A stretch of 62,475 nucleotides of DNA, the filler included, from Hausera hauseri (taxonomy: Eukaryota): assembly GCA_046269625.1 (NCBI GenBank). It is 10 parts of 10 records of this genome, joined end to end, with 100 filler letters (N's around TTAATTAATTAA, not from the genome) between each part and the next. Parts side by side here need not be neighbours in the genome. Positions count along the whole stretch, not along the records: positions 26,020 to 36,812 come from JBJURY010152199.1; positions 36,913 to 48,939 come from JBJURY010055551.1; 8 more parts are not named here. One strand, given 5' to 3'. The notes under the pieces were generated by a model that had not been told where the DNA came from, searched no databases, and saw only the letters and a list, made by a program, of their open reading frames with translations. A program made the translations under genes and the position numbers. How positions within the stretch are numbered: position 1 is the stretch's first letter; every line of letters starts with the position of its first letter. Positions 26,020-37,499 of the stretch are shown piece by piece.

Positions 26020-29000
26020 TCCTCATTGATTGTGTGATAATTTATAGCGTTTACGGCCGCTGCTATTTCAACTTTGTTATTTATTTTTAATTTTCCCTTC
26101 TTCGCCGCATCTCGGCATTGATCCATTGTTAATTCATGTGGTTCGTTCGGGGTGGCCATTAAAATATTTGTTGAATGTCGATGCATTTTTCCACAGTGCC
26201 ATTTCTTTATTTGCTTAGTTAACTTACATTCAAGTGCTTTCACTCGTATAAATCTATTTTCTTGATATATCCTATAATTTTTAGTACCTTCGAATATAAG
26301 TTTATCAGGCTCTGCATCTGGACATTTTTCTAGGTCTACAAGGGAGTACGAAGCTCCAACCGCTGGATAATCACAGTCATATGCTCGAAAACCATGGGTT
26401 CCTCGACACAAAATTACAATAAGTATAATTAACCATGTTAAATCATTAGTTCCTTGTCTAGGTAATGTACCACTAGTTAACCTTTGTACTCTAGTAAACA
26501 ATTCAGAAAGTTCATGTTCCCCAAGTCTATCTGTTCTGCTTCCCCTTTCTGATATTTTATTTTCAGTCTTTTGAGGCTTGTCAAAATTCAACAAATCATT
26601 CCATCCTCCAATTCGGTTTATATCTGGAGATATGTGTGTTTTTAAGATTTCTATGGCTACATCAAGGCTACTTTCTCTTTCTTCAATTGTATCCGCCGAA
26701 TTTTTAATTCTCATTGCCAAATATACTAAAATAGTAATAACTCTATCTTTTGTTAAACCTCCCGTCTTAATCCACTTTTGTATTATTTCACTATCCTCTA
26801 TAGGGTCTATCCGTCCTGGTAATTGTTCATTTTTCACTACTGTCTCTAATCGAACCAACGTTCGCTTTAAGTGACTTTCAATATCAAGAGTGAATGGCTC
26901 ATCCATTAATAGGTCATTTTCTACTGGAAATAGGGAATTATAAATTCTCCATAGAATGGGTTTAATTTGCCTTGTTTCAAGATCCATTATTCGAATTTCA
27001 CTTTTTCTTAGTGCTTTGGTTAGAGTATCAACTTTAACTTGCTCCCAAAGGTTTTTTCTTGGACGACCCTGCGGTCGCTTGTCAGTTTGAGTTGTTTCTT
27101 GTCTTGCTTGAAACATATCTAATATATCTTTTACATTAGCTTCATTAATTAAGTTTGATTGTTCTGTTTCTTGTAAAATATCACCGATAATTTGGCTTTC
27201 TCGCACCTTCAATCCTTCTGCCCGAACTGCTAGTTCAGGGACTGGTTGATCAATTTCCATTCTTTCTTGAGGAACTGGTGTCTGCATTTCTTCTTCAATA
27301 TCTAACCGTCGGATAGCCTCGTTTGATCCCAACACATTCTGTATGCGTTGTTCTAACTCTCTTTGCTTTAAATTTTCTCTGTCTGTCCAATTTTCTAAGT
27401 ATACTATAATAATTTCAGTTGGATCCATCCCGTCCATAATTCCTAATTCTATCCATGATTTTTCATAATTTAGGACAGTACGACCCATAAATGTCACTTG
27501 TTTTATTTGAATATTCTCGTCGTCATATTGTAATCTTATCGCTTCGATAGTTCCAACCATTGGTTCATCAACATTTATAGTAACTTGAAACTCACTAGTT
27601 TTATTTCTATATTTACCATATATATTTAGTTGCACTATTTCATTTTCCTCTAATTTTCTATTACTCATTCTTCTTTGGCCATATCGTTCCAATATTTCTT
27701 TTGCCATACTTGCTTCCAGTATGTGATCTGCGGCTTGTTTTACTAAAAACTTACGTATTCGAAGAAATCTTTCTCTGTCTTGGATTAACCAGTTCATAAT
27801 TCTATGCATCTTGTTTAGAACGAGTGTACAAACGTTCTCTTTATCACTGTTATTTAATAACATAGTTAGGTAATACTCAAACTGATCTTCCTCTGTTCGT
27901 ATCTCTTCGATTTCTACACCCGGACCAAGCATCATAATTCGAGGCATTTCTATGGTATCTCTCCCTTTTTGGCTCTCGTCGCCGTAGTTTTTATCAATAA
28001 TATTATTACCTTGATTATCATTACCAACTACGGGTTCATCGTAATTTACAAACCACGTATACATTCCTTGTATTCGTTTCATTTTATCCATCTTTACTTT
28101 GGTATTATTTATCAATCCTTTCGAACATTCTTTATTTTTTGTTTCATCGGCATGAACTTCTAAAGCATATTTATTTTCTTGATTTTTAACTAATACTGGA
28201 GACACATTTTCGTTGTCTCCACCTATCACATGGTAATTTTCTTTGGGTCGTTCCTGATTAACTAATGGTTCTTGAGTTGACCTTAATTTTAATTGTCTCT
28301 CTATTATTGAACTATCTATTCCATATCTTGTTAACATCATCCTTTTATCAACCTTCTCATACTCACTGTTTTCTTCGTCTTTTTCCGACTGAATCCAGTT
28401 ATCTAAAAATATCTGATATATCGAACTATCCAATCGCTCTAATATTTCTCGTAATTTTATAAGTAGCACCATCGATATTTTCATTTCAAATTTTATATTT
28501 AATTTATTAATACCCAGCATTCTTTTTACACATTCAATTTCTATTTCACAAACATTATTAAATCCTCTTAAATGTCGAATTCGTTTAACTTTTAATACAC
28601 TAAGTTCTTTACTCATGGGTACTTTTCTAAATTCGTTTATCGTCTTAATTATTTCATCGAAACAGTGACTACACTTATATCTTTGGAAAGTATTAATAGA
28701 TCGTCTGACCTTCAATCGTCTTTCTATTTCACTTTCCTCTTCTACATTTTCATTCAAACCACAACTTTCTGTTTTTGAAATTTGTTTCAGAAACGTTTCT
28801 AACTTCACTTTATTTATCTCAGTACTAGCCATATTTATCTGCGTTTCCGCATTCTCTTTAACTAATTTCGCGTCACTCACAATTTCATAATTCTGTAAGT
28901 CAACCTTTTTTGATAATTTTTTTGGATCCTTTAACTTCTCCAATCGTTTTCTTAAATCATGTTCCGATTCGTCTTCAGATTCTTCATCTTCTACCTTATC

Positions 29001-31502
29001 TTCTTCTCTAATCATTAAATATTGTTTTCCAAGCGCATTTATTTCGTTACAACCCACATTTTCAGATGTTTCCAAAGTGTTGACATCTATATCCTTCACG
29101 TTATCATACAATTTTATTCCTAATCCATCTGGTATACTCGCCTTTCCATTTATATCTATCTCATTAGCTTCTAAACATTCATTATTAATTTTCATCCGAT
29201 TCAGAACTTCCAATTCATTACTCATTTCTATATTTTCGATTTTAATCTTCTCAATTTTTCGAGGTACATTTAGAATATCAAGAGCCTCAACGCTCGATTC
29301 TTCCGTCAATTCATTATCGTCCATCCTTTTACTGGATTTAATGTAATTTCCAGAATCCGATTCTTCACCCGTCACTACATCCAAATTCATATTTGATTCT
29401 ATATTAATCAAAAAACTTTCGACATTATTTTCACTTTCCAATATTACCGTGCTTAAATCGGATTCGATAATCACATTTTCATCGTTTCCACTACTAAAGT
29501 CAGGGGATGGTGCATTTAAATGGCTTTCATTCAAATCATCTACAGTACAAATACTCTCATTTTTCAACAAGTTTTCAACATCCTTTAATATTGACACTTC
29601 GGTCAAATTTATTTCAACTGCATTTAATTCAACACACGGTTCATTTTCATCATCTTGACAATACCAGTTACTACAACTAGCTCCTTGTGAGCAATCACCA
29701 TATTTGCTTATAAATTTCCTCTCTTCAGATTCCCAAAATTTAAATGTTTCAACATCATCATCGCCATCCTGATTGGATTCTTCTTCTAAACAACCATATT
29801 CGCGCATCATCTGCTTAATACTTTTTATCTGTTCTGGATACTCGATTTTCCTGCAACAAGTATCACTCTTAGGTTTTTTCTTCAATTTCTTATTCTTTAC
29901 TCCAAACATACTAGCTTGATTTTCGTGTAATACTTTCAACCTATCTAATTGGGTACGCATCTCGTCCCTTTCGGCTCTCAATTGTTTCAATTCGAATTCT
30001 ACGTTTACATTATTCGAATTCTGGTAATTTTCAACATTGCTATCATAGTTTCCTCTTTGATTCCATGAATTTTCATAGTACCCATAATTCTCATAGTTCT
30101 CCGAATCATTCAATTGTGTTTCGGAATTCTGGTTATTTTGCATAAGGGTTAATTTATTATAAGTCACCAACAACGGACATTTCTTCCAAATATGTCCGAT
30201 TTGATTACAATGATAGCAAAATCTATTTTCATTCATCGTACTTACCTGAGTTGGACAGGTTCGAGCTACATGTCCCCATTGTGCACAAATATTGCATTGC
30301 TTAGGTTGTTGAATATAAGGTGGCATTAATACCGGCATTCTTTTAACCTCTGGGCAAGACTTTGCAACATGTCCAAATTTCTTGCATTGGTTGCACTGGA
30401 TTGATCCTCTGTAATTAACTTTATCCCTTTCTAACGCCATTGCTTGTTGTGGTGTAGTTTGTGATCGAAGAGGGTATCGTTTTTGCTGTTCTGGAGGGTT
30501 GATCCATTGTGTTCTATTCAAATTTGCTCCAGCGGCCATGTCTTTAACAGGGGTACTCATTCTTTGTGGTTGTAAGTTTGCTCTTATAGGTGATCTTACG
30601 GTATTTGGGTCAATATTAGGAAACAAATTTTGATTTACGTTCTGGTTAGTGCCAACATTCCAACGAGGCGGGCCCCAACGTGGTATCGAGGGAACTTGCC
30701 AACCGGCCTGTCCATATGACCACGACGGAGTCCGCCACGCTTGGTTAGTCGTCCTGAAATTTCGATTAGGGTTTTGCTGTCTAAAATTACTATTTGAAAT
30801 TTGGTTGCTATTAAGGGAGTTTTGATTAATTTGGTTTAGTTTATTCTCTACATTTTCAAAATTTATGGCTTTTCTTATTAGTTCACTCAGAGTAGAGACG
30901 TCACTTTCAATCAATTGTCTCTGTAGCTTGGGGCTATTAAGTCCAGTGATAAAACAATCTATTAAGATAGGCTCCAATGCGAAAACCTTAGGCGCACCTT
31001 TATCTTCTTTAGCAGTATCTTCCTTCTCCAGTGCTTCCTTATAACGTTTACCAAGTAGTTGAAGGGCAAAAGCAAATTTATTAACAGATTCTCCCGGCAG
31101 TTGGACTCTGGACCGTAAACTTCTTAGTTTTGCATTTGAAGATGGATCGGGATCCAAGTTCTTTCTAAATACATCGACAAATTTATCCCAACTCATTTTC
31201 TCCTTTTCCTCAATTTGTAGATAGGCTTGTAGAGCGATTCCCTCCAAATGTGCAACCAACCGTTTAATTTTCTCCTTATCATTCCACTCTAATCCGTCCG
31301 CTTGCGCCGCGTATACTAACATAAAATCATCAAATTCCGTAGTTTCCCCAGAGTAACGTCCTAAATTTAGGTTTGCAAAAGTGGACATCCTCTGTACTTG
31401 AAAATGTTTAAGCTCTTCTATAGGGGTAATAGCACTATTTTCAGTAACCTTTCTTATAATGTTTTCACTTACTACTACCTTTTCGTCCAGTGGCCTCTTC
31501 AA
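26020..31502 (-). CDS. Gag-Env fusion polyprotein (>1820 aa, cut by the contig end): capsid, 3 CCHC knuckles, acidic/coiled-coil region, ubiquitin-like domain, AT-hook, internal signal sequence, chuvirus-G-like ectodomain
   Basis: Uninterrupted ORF; first ATG at 31388; CNQCKKFGHVAKSC, CNICAQWGHVARTC, CYHCNQIGHIWKKC; KRPQGRPRK; WLIILIVILCRGTHG/FRAYDC...YSLVDLEKC...IYQ...ALECK...HCGKMH. Confidence 0.88.
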
Positions 31503-31542
31503 CTTATTAGCCAGACCAAGAGATTTTAAATTTGAAAATCAG

Positions 31543-31560
31543 GTCCTGGCGTGGTCGCCA
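31543..31560 (-). promoter_or_regulatory. Primer-binding site (probably tRNA-Arg)
   Basis: TGGCGACCACGCCAGGAC, 18 nt complementary to a tRNA 3' end (...GUCCUGGCGUGGUCGCCA), just upstream of gag. Confidence 0.8.
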
Positions 31561-31568
31561 AAATTTTA

Positions 31569-31996
31569 TGTTGGTTCTGACTTATTTATTGAACTTCCCT
31601 TTCTTTTTTCTTATTTGTATCCAAAGACAATGTAATATTATTATACCAACCCCTTTTTTACGTAGCCAATTCTTTTATTTTATACTTGCAACAAAAGGAA
31701 GTGAGTCTGTACCTCCCAACCAACTTATATAAACCTCAAGATTCACTAATCAAATTAACTTAAATACAACCGACTGGAAAAACGAGAACTCCCCAATTAC
31801 GTTTAACGGATATTGTAAAAGTGGAGCACTCGATCAACCAATGTCGTTTTAGGACTCTAAATAGAACTATGAGAGCTGAATACTTCTCTGACAATAGTGC
31901 GATTACAGTACGAAATGCCTCAGCACCCTTTTTTCCTTTTACCTTTATTCTTTGCCACACAATTTAGACAAAACTCAAACTATCTCGTACCCAACA
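31569..31996 (-). repeat. Candidate LTR (distal boundary uncertain)
   Basis: Ends ...CCAACA 8 nt before the PBS; a possible TGTTGG start at 31996, or an alternative start near 31926 after a purine tract; no second copy in the window. Confidence 0.45.
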
Positions 31997-32720
31997 CGAG
32001 AAGTGCAGAGTAAACAGACAACCGTAATATCAGAGGTCCACTTAAAAACAAACAAAGATAGGATTTTATCAGCTATCCTAAAAGTTTAACAATCACAATT
32101 AGGAAATCGTGGCAATTGGACGAATAGTCCACGATTTCTCTAATAGCACGCAAACGATTTTTACAATCAAGCTATTTAGGACCCTGGCCTCTCTTAGCTA
32201 AAAAAATGACAATTAAAATATCACAACAACAAAAAAATATAACGAAGAAAAATTAAAACCCACTTGAAAGCAAGATCAATAGTCGATAGTTTCAAAATGG
32301 TTCGTGGATGTCTCGTTTAAACTCTTTTCGCCCGAAAATTTGTTTTAACAAAGAAAACACTTGTAGCACATATTTATTCGCTAGGATTATATTTGTTGTG
32401 TCTCATATACATTCTACGCAGCAATATATACGACACCTTTAAAAAAATGTTACAATTATAGGAGATAATTAACATTCCTTATTATCAACAAGCAATTATA
32501 GATGATAGTCATCATATAGATTTCACACGAAAGGAGGCAGCTATTGCAATTAAAATCAAGGAATCAATGTCACCTGTTACTGCTCTCACCACATTACAAT
32601 AACAGTTTATTCCCCGCACTAACAAAAATCCGCGACTGCTGAGAGTGAAATTAATCATTATGCTCACAACAAAAAGGGGGGGTCACAGATATCGTCTGCC
32701 ACTGACGATGGAATCACAGT

Positions 32721-34595
32721 TCATGGTGAGTCTAATATAATTTGATTAGTCCAGGAAGAAAAATCGTCAAATAAGGATCGGTTGGGTTTTGGTGCAGAAG
32801 CGGGTTTCTGAGAGCATCTACCGGGTGGTGAGGTATCCATATCCGGGGTATCGCTTGTTTTTGATTGGCTTGATAGTATAGAATCTGAAATGGTGGTATC
32901 ATCTGCACGTAATAAGTGGTTAGCACTGATCGTAATTTGAGATATCTGAAGGGTTTTTTGTGCTTGATGGTGAAAAGCATTGAGTGGTAATAATTTCATG
33001 TCGGGGCTATCAGCATCCGTCGGTACGCGAGAAAATGACAAGGGATAATCAGATGGTGGATTTTCGAGGAAAGAAAGGTGCTCCCAACTGCATTGTGGAA
33101 TTGAAGATATGGATGTATGCGGTAGTGTAGTTACCAAGTTAGACAGGGCTTGTGGACGCCACGGAGGTAGGAGCCAGTTAAAACGGCGTCTTTCCTTGTA
33201 GATATCGTGGACTATGAATATCATGTTTTCAGCGTCCATTTTACCTGGTATAAAATATTCAATTGATTTGTATATTACGGAAAAGGGTTTAAAGCCATTC
33301 TGGCTATAGTTAAGGTCAATATATCCTAGTAATAAGTTGGGTGAAAGGTGCCAAAGGTTTAGGAAGTAGAGTGGATCGAAAGTAACCAATATTCTGCCAT
33401 ATATGGCACGTTGAACATGAGCTCTACAAAGAGCGAAATCTGGTGCGTGTTCCAGATCATCTAGAGATATACTATGGCAATGTTTGTCCACATTATCGAT
33501 CTTTTCTCTAGGACGAACAAATGTCTTGTATTTTATTTTAAGTGGTCCATCAGGATCGACATTAAGATCACCCAGGTAGATGTGAATTAATACAGGGAGG
33601 CTGCCAGAAAATGCTACGGCATAGCCGGCAAAAATAATTCCCTGGATAGAGTATGAATAAGGTGTCCGAACATAGGAATGTGTGGAAGGACTCGGGGGTT
33701 GGGGAAGCCAGTCGAGCTCATTTAAGGACATTTTTCCATTAATTGATGCATCTAGGTAACGGCGCCAAGCTGGAGTATCTACATATTCTAGTTCTACATA
33801 CGTAACCGAATTCTCCCTCATTAGAATAGTAAAGGTATGTGAACTCCAGACATCTGCTGTCAAAAGAATAGATTTGAATGGAGATAAGTATACTTTAAAT
33901 ATGGGTAGGGGTGGTCTGTGGATCTCTAATACGATAGATCCTTTAATAACCGACACGAGCATATCTTTTGGTTGCGATGGGAAGTTCTGAATGGAAAATT
34001 GTTGGTCTAAGATTTGTCGCATGGGGTATGGCCCATAATTGTGTGACCAATAAGAAATTAATATGCAACGGTCTTGCAGGCTATTATTTTTGAATTTATT
34101 CGGGATTGTGAAGACAGAGGGGTATTTAAGTGTAGTGTTACGAAGTGATATATCGAAGCGTATAGACCGATACGTGGATCTAGAACGTAAGACCTCAAAA
34201 AGGAAAGGAATAGATAATCCTTTAGGCAAAGAAATGGGTAAACGTGGCATTTGTTGAAGATTGGCAAATTGAATACTTTGTCCGATATTACGGATCGGTG
34301 GGGCATGCATTAAAAAATAGGAAGTATTGGGATAAGACGTAGAAACGAGAGGTAAAAGAAGTAAGGGAGAACGGATTGTATCCATAGTTTGCTCGACGGA
34401 TGCTTCATCACTCTCAACACGGATAATGGACTGCACATAGGTTGCTGACTGGGAGGATATTGATGTCATACGAGGATATCTGTCTTTACGGATACAATAA
34501 TTTACTGGAATCACCTTGATACTTGATTGAACTAAAAAAATAAAGTGGGTGTTAGACCATTGTGCCCAAGCCTGAAAGCAATAGGCCGTGGCCAA
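32721..34595 (-). CDS. Retroelement-associated protein of unknown function (624 aa; first ATG at 34469)
   Basis: Long intact ORF immediately downstream of the 445-aa ORF and integrase; no recognisable motif. Confidence 0.65.
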   Translation of the reverse strand: MATAYCFQAWAQWSNTHFIFLVQSSIKVIPVNYCIRKDRYPRMTSISSQSATYVQSIIRVESDEASVEQTMDTIRSPLLLLPLVSTSYPNTSYFLMHAPPIRNIGQSIQFANLQQMPRLPISLPKGLSIPFLFEVLRSRSTYRSIRFDISLRNTTLKYPSVFTIPNKFKNNSLQDRCILISYWSHNYGPYPMRQILDQQFSIQNFPSQPKDMLVSVIKGSIVLEIHRPPLPIFKVYLSPFKSILLTADVWSSHTFTILMRENSVTYVELEYVDTPAWRRYLDASINGKMSLNELDWLPQPPSPSTHSYVRTPYSYSIQGIIFAGYAVAFSGSLPVLIHIYLGDLNVDPDGPLKIKYKTFVRPREKIDNVDKHCHSISLDDLEHAPDFALCRAHVQRAIYGRILVTFDPLYFLNLWHLSPNLLLGYIDLNYSQNGFKPFSVIYKSIEYFIPGKMDAENMIFIVHDIYKERRRFNWLLPPWRPQALSNLVTTLPHTSISSIPQCSWEHLSFLENPPSDYPLSFSRVPTDADSPDMKLLPLNAFHHQAQKTLQISQITISANHLLRADDTTISDSILSSQSKTSDTPDMDTSPPGRCSQKPASAPKPNRSLFDDFSSWTNQIILDSP

Positions 34596-34604
34596 CTTTA
34601 ATTG

Positions 34605-35969
34605 TCATAATATAGTTGTATAAACACTATCGGTTTGTCTATTTACAATCTCGCCGGGCACGAAATAATTCAAATTAAAGTTAACATCATATTGTGGTAC
34701 ATTTTCATATTCGTTTAAGTGTTCTATATAAAATGTCTCATTGGATTTCTTAAGATACACAGCAAGTGAAAAGCATATTATGATTGCTATACCTGAAATT
34801 ATGATTACGACCACCCATATATAAAAGAGGGCAATTGAAGTTTTTCTTAGGTCTACAAACGTACTAGTTGTTGAAGTAGGCATACGTGTAAAGAAATAGA
34901 AAGTGAACTTTTGTTTCCAGTTTGAAAAATTTGGAAAGAATGGCATGGGCTTCTCCACAAGTTTAGTAGTTATAAAATGTGTTACCTTATTCCCTTGGAT
35001 AGATAAATTTAAGGGGAATTGATTAGATACAGATTTAATGGTTGTAGTCAAACGATTTAATTTCGTAGATATATGTTGTAAGTTTAACGTGGCAACTTTT
35101 GGTTTTATCCAGGGTGATGACCTAGAAGAAAATAAATGCTTCAAATTTATGGTAGTATTAATTATGACACGATGCGAGGGATCTATCAAAACAACAAACT
35201 GGATCCTACACACAGAAGGTCGAAAATGAATATCTTCTTTCTTTAATATTATAAGTCGAGGGGATGAGGGTCCCACAGTCACCAACCAATGCTTCCCTAT
35301 ATATGTAGCTTCCAACACTGGGGGGTTCCATCGAGTTCGTAAAGTATCAATAAAGGAATAAGGGATTGCTTTCCACAAAAATGATCCTGATGTATATAAA
35401 GATTGAACAGGGGGAATTAACCAGTCGTGTATAAAATATACATTCGTCTCAGATATCGGAATAGTAATTCTGATCCATGTTGGCTTGTTGTAGGATATTG
35501 GAAAACGTGGTAAATCAAGGGACAATTTTGGGGTAACTGTCCTTCTAGAAAAATTTAATCTGATTCCTTCAATTTGTACCAAGACTCCAGATTGTCCCTC
35601 AGTCCATAAATACTGATAAGCCAAGAATGGTTCTCTGAAAATTCGAAACGAAGGTGTTTGTAAAGGTGGTGTTTCCCACCTATCAACTATTGTCGTTGAG
35701 TATGGATCAAGAAAGGCGAAGGTTTGCTGCACTGTAGGTTTGTCCACGGGGTAAAAACATGCTCCACCAGGCGATTCAATTGTACAAAGGCCAAGAAATT
35801 CTATTGACCGGTTATTCCAGATATGAAATATTAAAATTTTAACAGTATTAGTTGTATGAGGAATATTTGTATGTAAATAAGTTATCTGGTTTTGATGTCT
35901 CCATCCCATATATATCGCTGGTCGACATTCGTAAATTTTCAAGCAACAAATTAGGGTAAAAAATGTTGC
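34605..35969 (-). CDS. Type I membrane protein in the env position (~450 aa)
   Basis: Signal-like ATFFTLICCLKIYEC with no ATG, N-glycosylation sequons (NRS, NFS, NTT, NLS), TM segment IALFYIWVVVIIISGIAIIICFSLAVYL, Tyr-motif tail. Confidence 0.7.
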   Translation of the reverse strand, partial: ATFFTLICCLKIYECRPAIYMGWRHQNQITYLHTNIPHTTNTVKILIFHIWNNRSIEFLGLCTIESPGGACFYPVDKPTVQQTFAFLDPYSTTIVDRWETPPLQTPSFRIFREPFLAYQYLWTEGQSGVLVQIEGIRLNFSRRTVTPKLSLDLPRFPISYNKPTWIRITIPISETNVYFIHDWLIPPVQSLYTSGSFLWKAIPYSFIDTLRTRWNPPVLEATYIGKHWLVTVGPSSPRLIILKKEDIHFRPSVCRIQFVVLIDPSHRVIINTTINLKHLFSSRSSPWIKPKVATLNLQHISTKLNRLTTTIKSVSNQFPLNLSIQGNKVTHFITTKLVEKPMPFFPNFSNWKQKFTFYFFTRMPTSTTSTFVDLRKTSIALFYIWVVVIIISGIAIIICFSLAVYLKKSNETFYIEHLNEYENVPQYDVNFNLNYFVPGEIVNRQTDSVYTTIL

Positions 35970-36019
35970 CTATGAGATACGATTTTTAAATCATATAGAG
36001 CAGGCTGGTAGATTAATAT

Positions 36020-36812
36020 CTGTTACTTTTTTATATCTTTCTTTCTATCCTCCGGTTGTGTTATTTCTGGATTTTTGTTTTTCGATATAGGTTGAGAAGC
36101 CAATTTACACCATTCTGCTGCTAAACAAACAAGTTCATTACGTTTCCCTACATTCTTTTTAATAAAAATATTGTTATCTGTAACTCGCTCGACCTGGTAT
36201 GGTCCTTTCCATAGATTAGTTAGCTTAGGTAATAAACCTTTTTTGTTACATGGTTATAAACCATTACCCAATCATCTGCTTGAATTTTGTGGGGTCTAGA
36301 ATATTTATCATACTGCCTTTTATACGGTTTTTGATAATCTAATGTCAATGATTGAGCTAAGGCCCAAGCTTTCGTTAATTTTTCCTTTAGATAATTTACA
36401 TAATCTGGTTCACTTTTTGTCAATGCTTCATTTGGTATAAATTCTAAATCTATGGGTAGTAATGGTTCTCTTCCGTACATCAAAAAAGGAGATTTATGTG
36501 TTTCCGTATGTGGTGCAGATCTCAAGGCAAACATGCAGGCTGGAATAAATAGGTCCCAATCATCTTGTCAATCGTTTGTTACTGTTGCCAACATTGATAA
36601 TAATGTTCCATTTAGTTTTTCTACCATTCCATCTGTTTGTGGGTGATATGCAGCGGTTTTAAGTTTATATATCGTGAACAATTTGCACACTTCTTCAAAC
36701 ATGCGATTTATAAATTCTCTTCCTTGATCAGTTAATATTTTTCGTGGAGCACCATACCGAAAAACTATTTCTTCAACAAACAAAGCTGCGACGGTGAATG
36801 CCGTCTTATCAG
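36020..36812 (-). pseudogene. pol: Ty3/Gypsy integrase C-terminal part
   Basis: RYGAPRKILTDQGREF, YHPQTDGMVEKLN, SPFLMYGREP, WKGPY; in-frame stop at 36568 and a frameshift near 36240. Confidence 0.92.
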
Positions 36813-36913
36813 NNNNNNNNNNNNNNNNNNNNNNNNNNNNNNNNNNNNNNNNNNNNTTAATTAATTAANNNNNNNNNNNNNNNNNNNNNNNNNNNNNNNN
36901 NNNNNNNNNNNNA

Positions 36914-37100
36914 ATTCAGGAAAGGTGACGACGTGGAAAGGTTCATTAAAGGCTGTGAAAAATTCTTCAAATATATGAACACACCGGCGACGAAACGGGA
37001 AATTATGGTTGAATGCCTCTTGGATGAAAATGCACTAGAAAGATACGAGGCAGTAGATTCAAAGGTAAAGGATACCAAAACCGACTACGGAAGGCTTTCG
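36914..37100 (+). pseudogene. Short gag-like N-terminal fragment
   Basis: FRKGDDVERFIKGCEKFF...LLDENALERY pattern. Confidence 0.4.
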
Positions 37101-37499
37101 CACGACCATCAACGACCAAATCTATATTTGTACAGGAAATGACAAACAGTTCATAATATGAAATTTTGTATATTTGGTTGACCAACATTTAATTATATAA
37201 TTATATAGTTTTGTAAGAATGTTGACTAATTTAGGTCAAATCGGTTAAATCAAAAATGAATTTAGGTAGTTCAAAAAGTTCACAGAAAAATTAATTTTGG
37301 CAAATTGTTTTGTTTAATGAATTGTGAGATGTAACTAAAATGTACTTATATTTCAAAATGTACCTTTTAAACGTTGTATTTTAAACATTCACTTTTTAAT
37401 ATGTTATTTATAAGATGAAGGCTGAAAAATATTGAAATAAAATTTACAGAATGTGAAATATGTAGTAATAGTTTTAGATGAGTTCGGTAGAAAATATTT

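Noticed and set aside
26578-29658. Small plus-strand ORFs inside the 1844-aa gene (similar ones overlap the PolB and kinase regions)
   Set aside because: Antisense shadows with no independent motifs
32671-32682. aaaaaggggggg polypurine tract
   Set aside because: On the wrong strand to be the PPT of the minus-strand element
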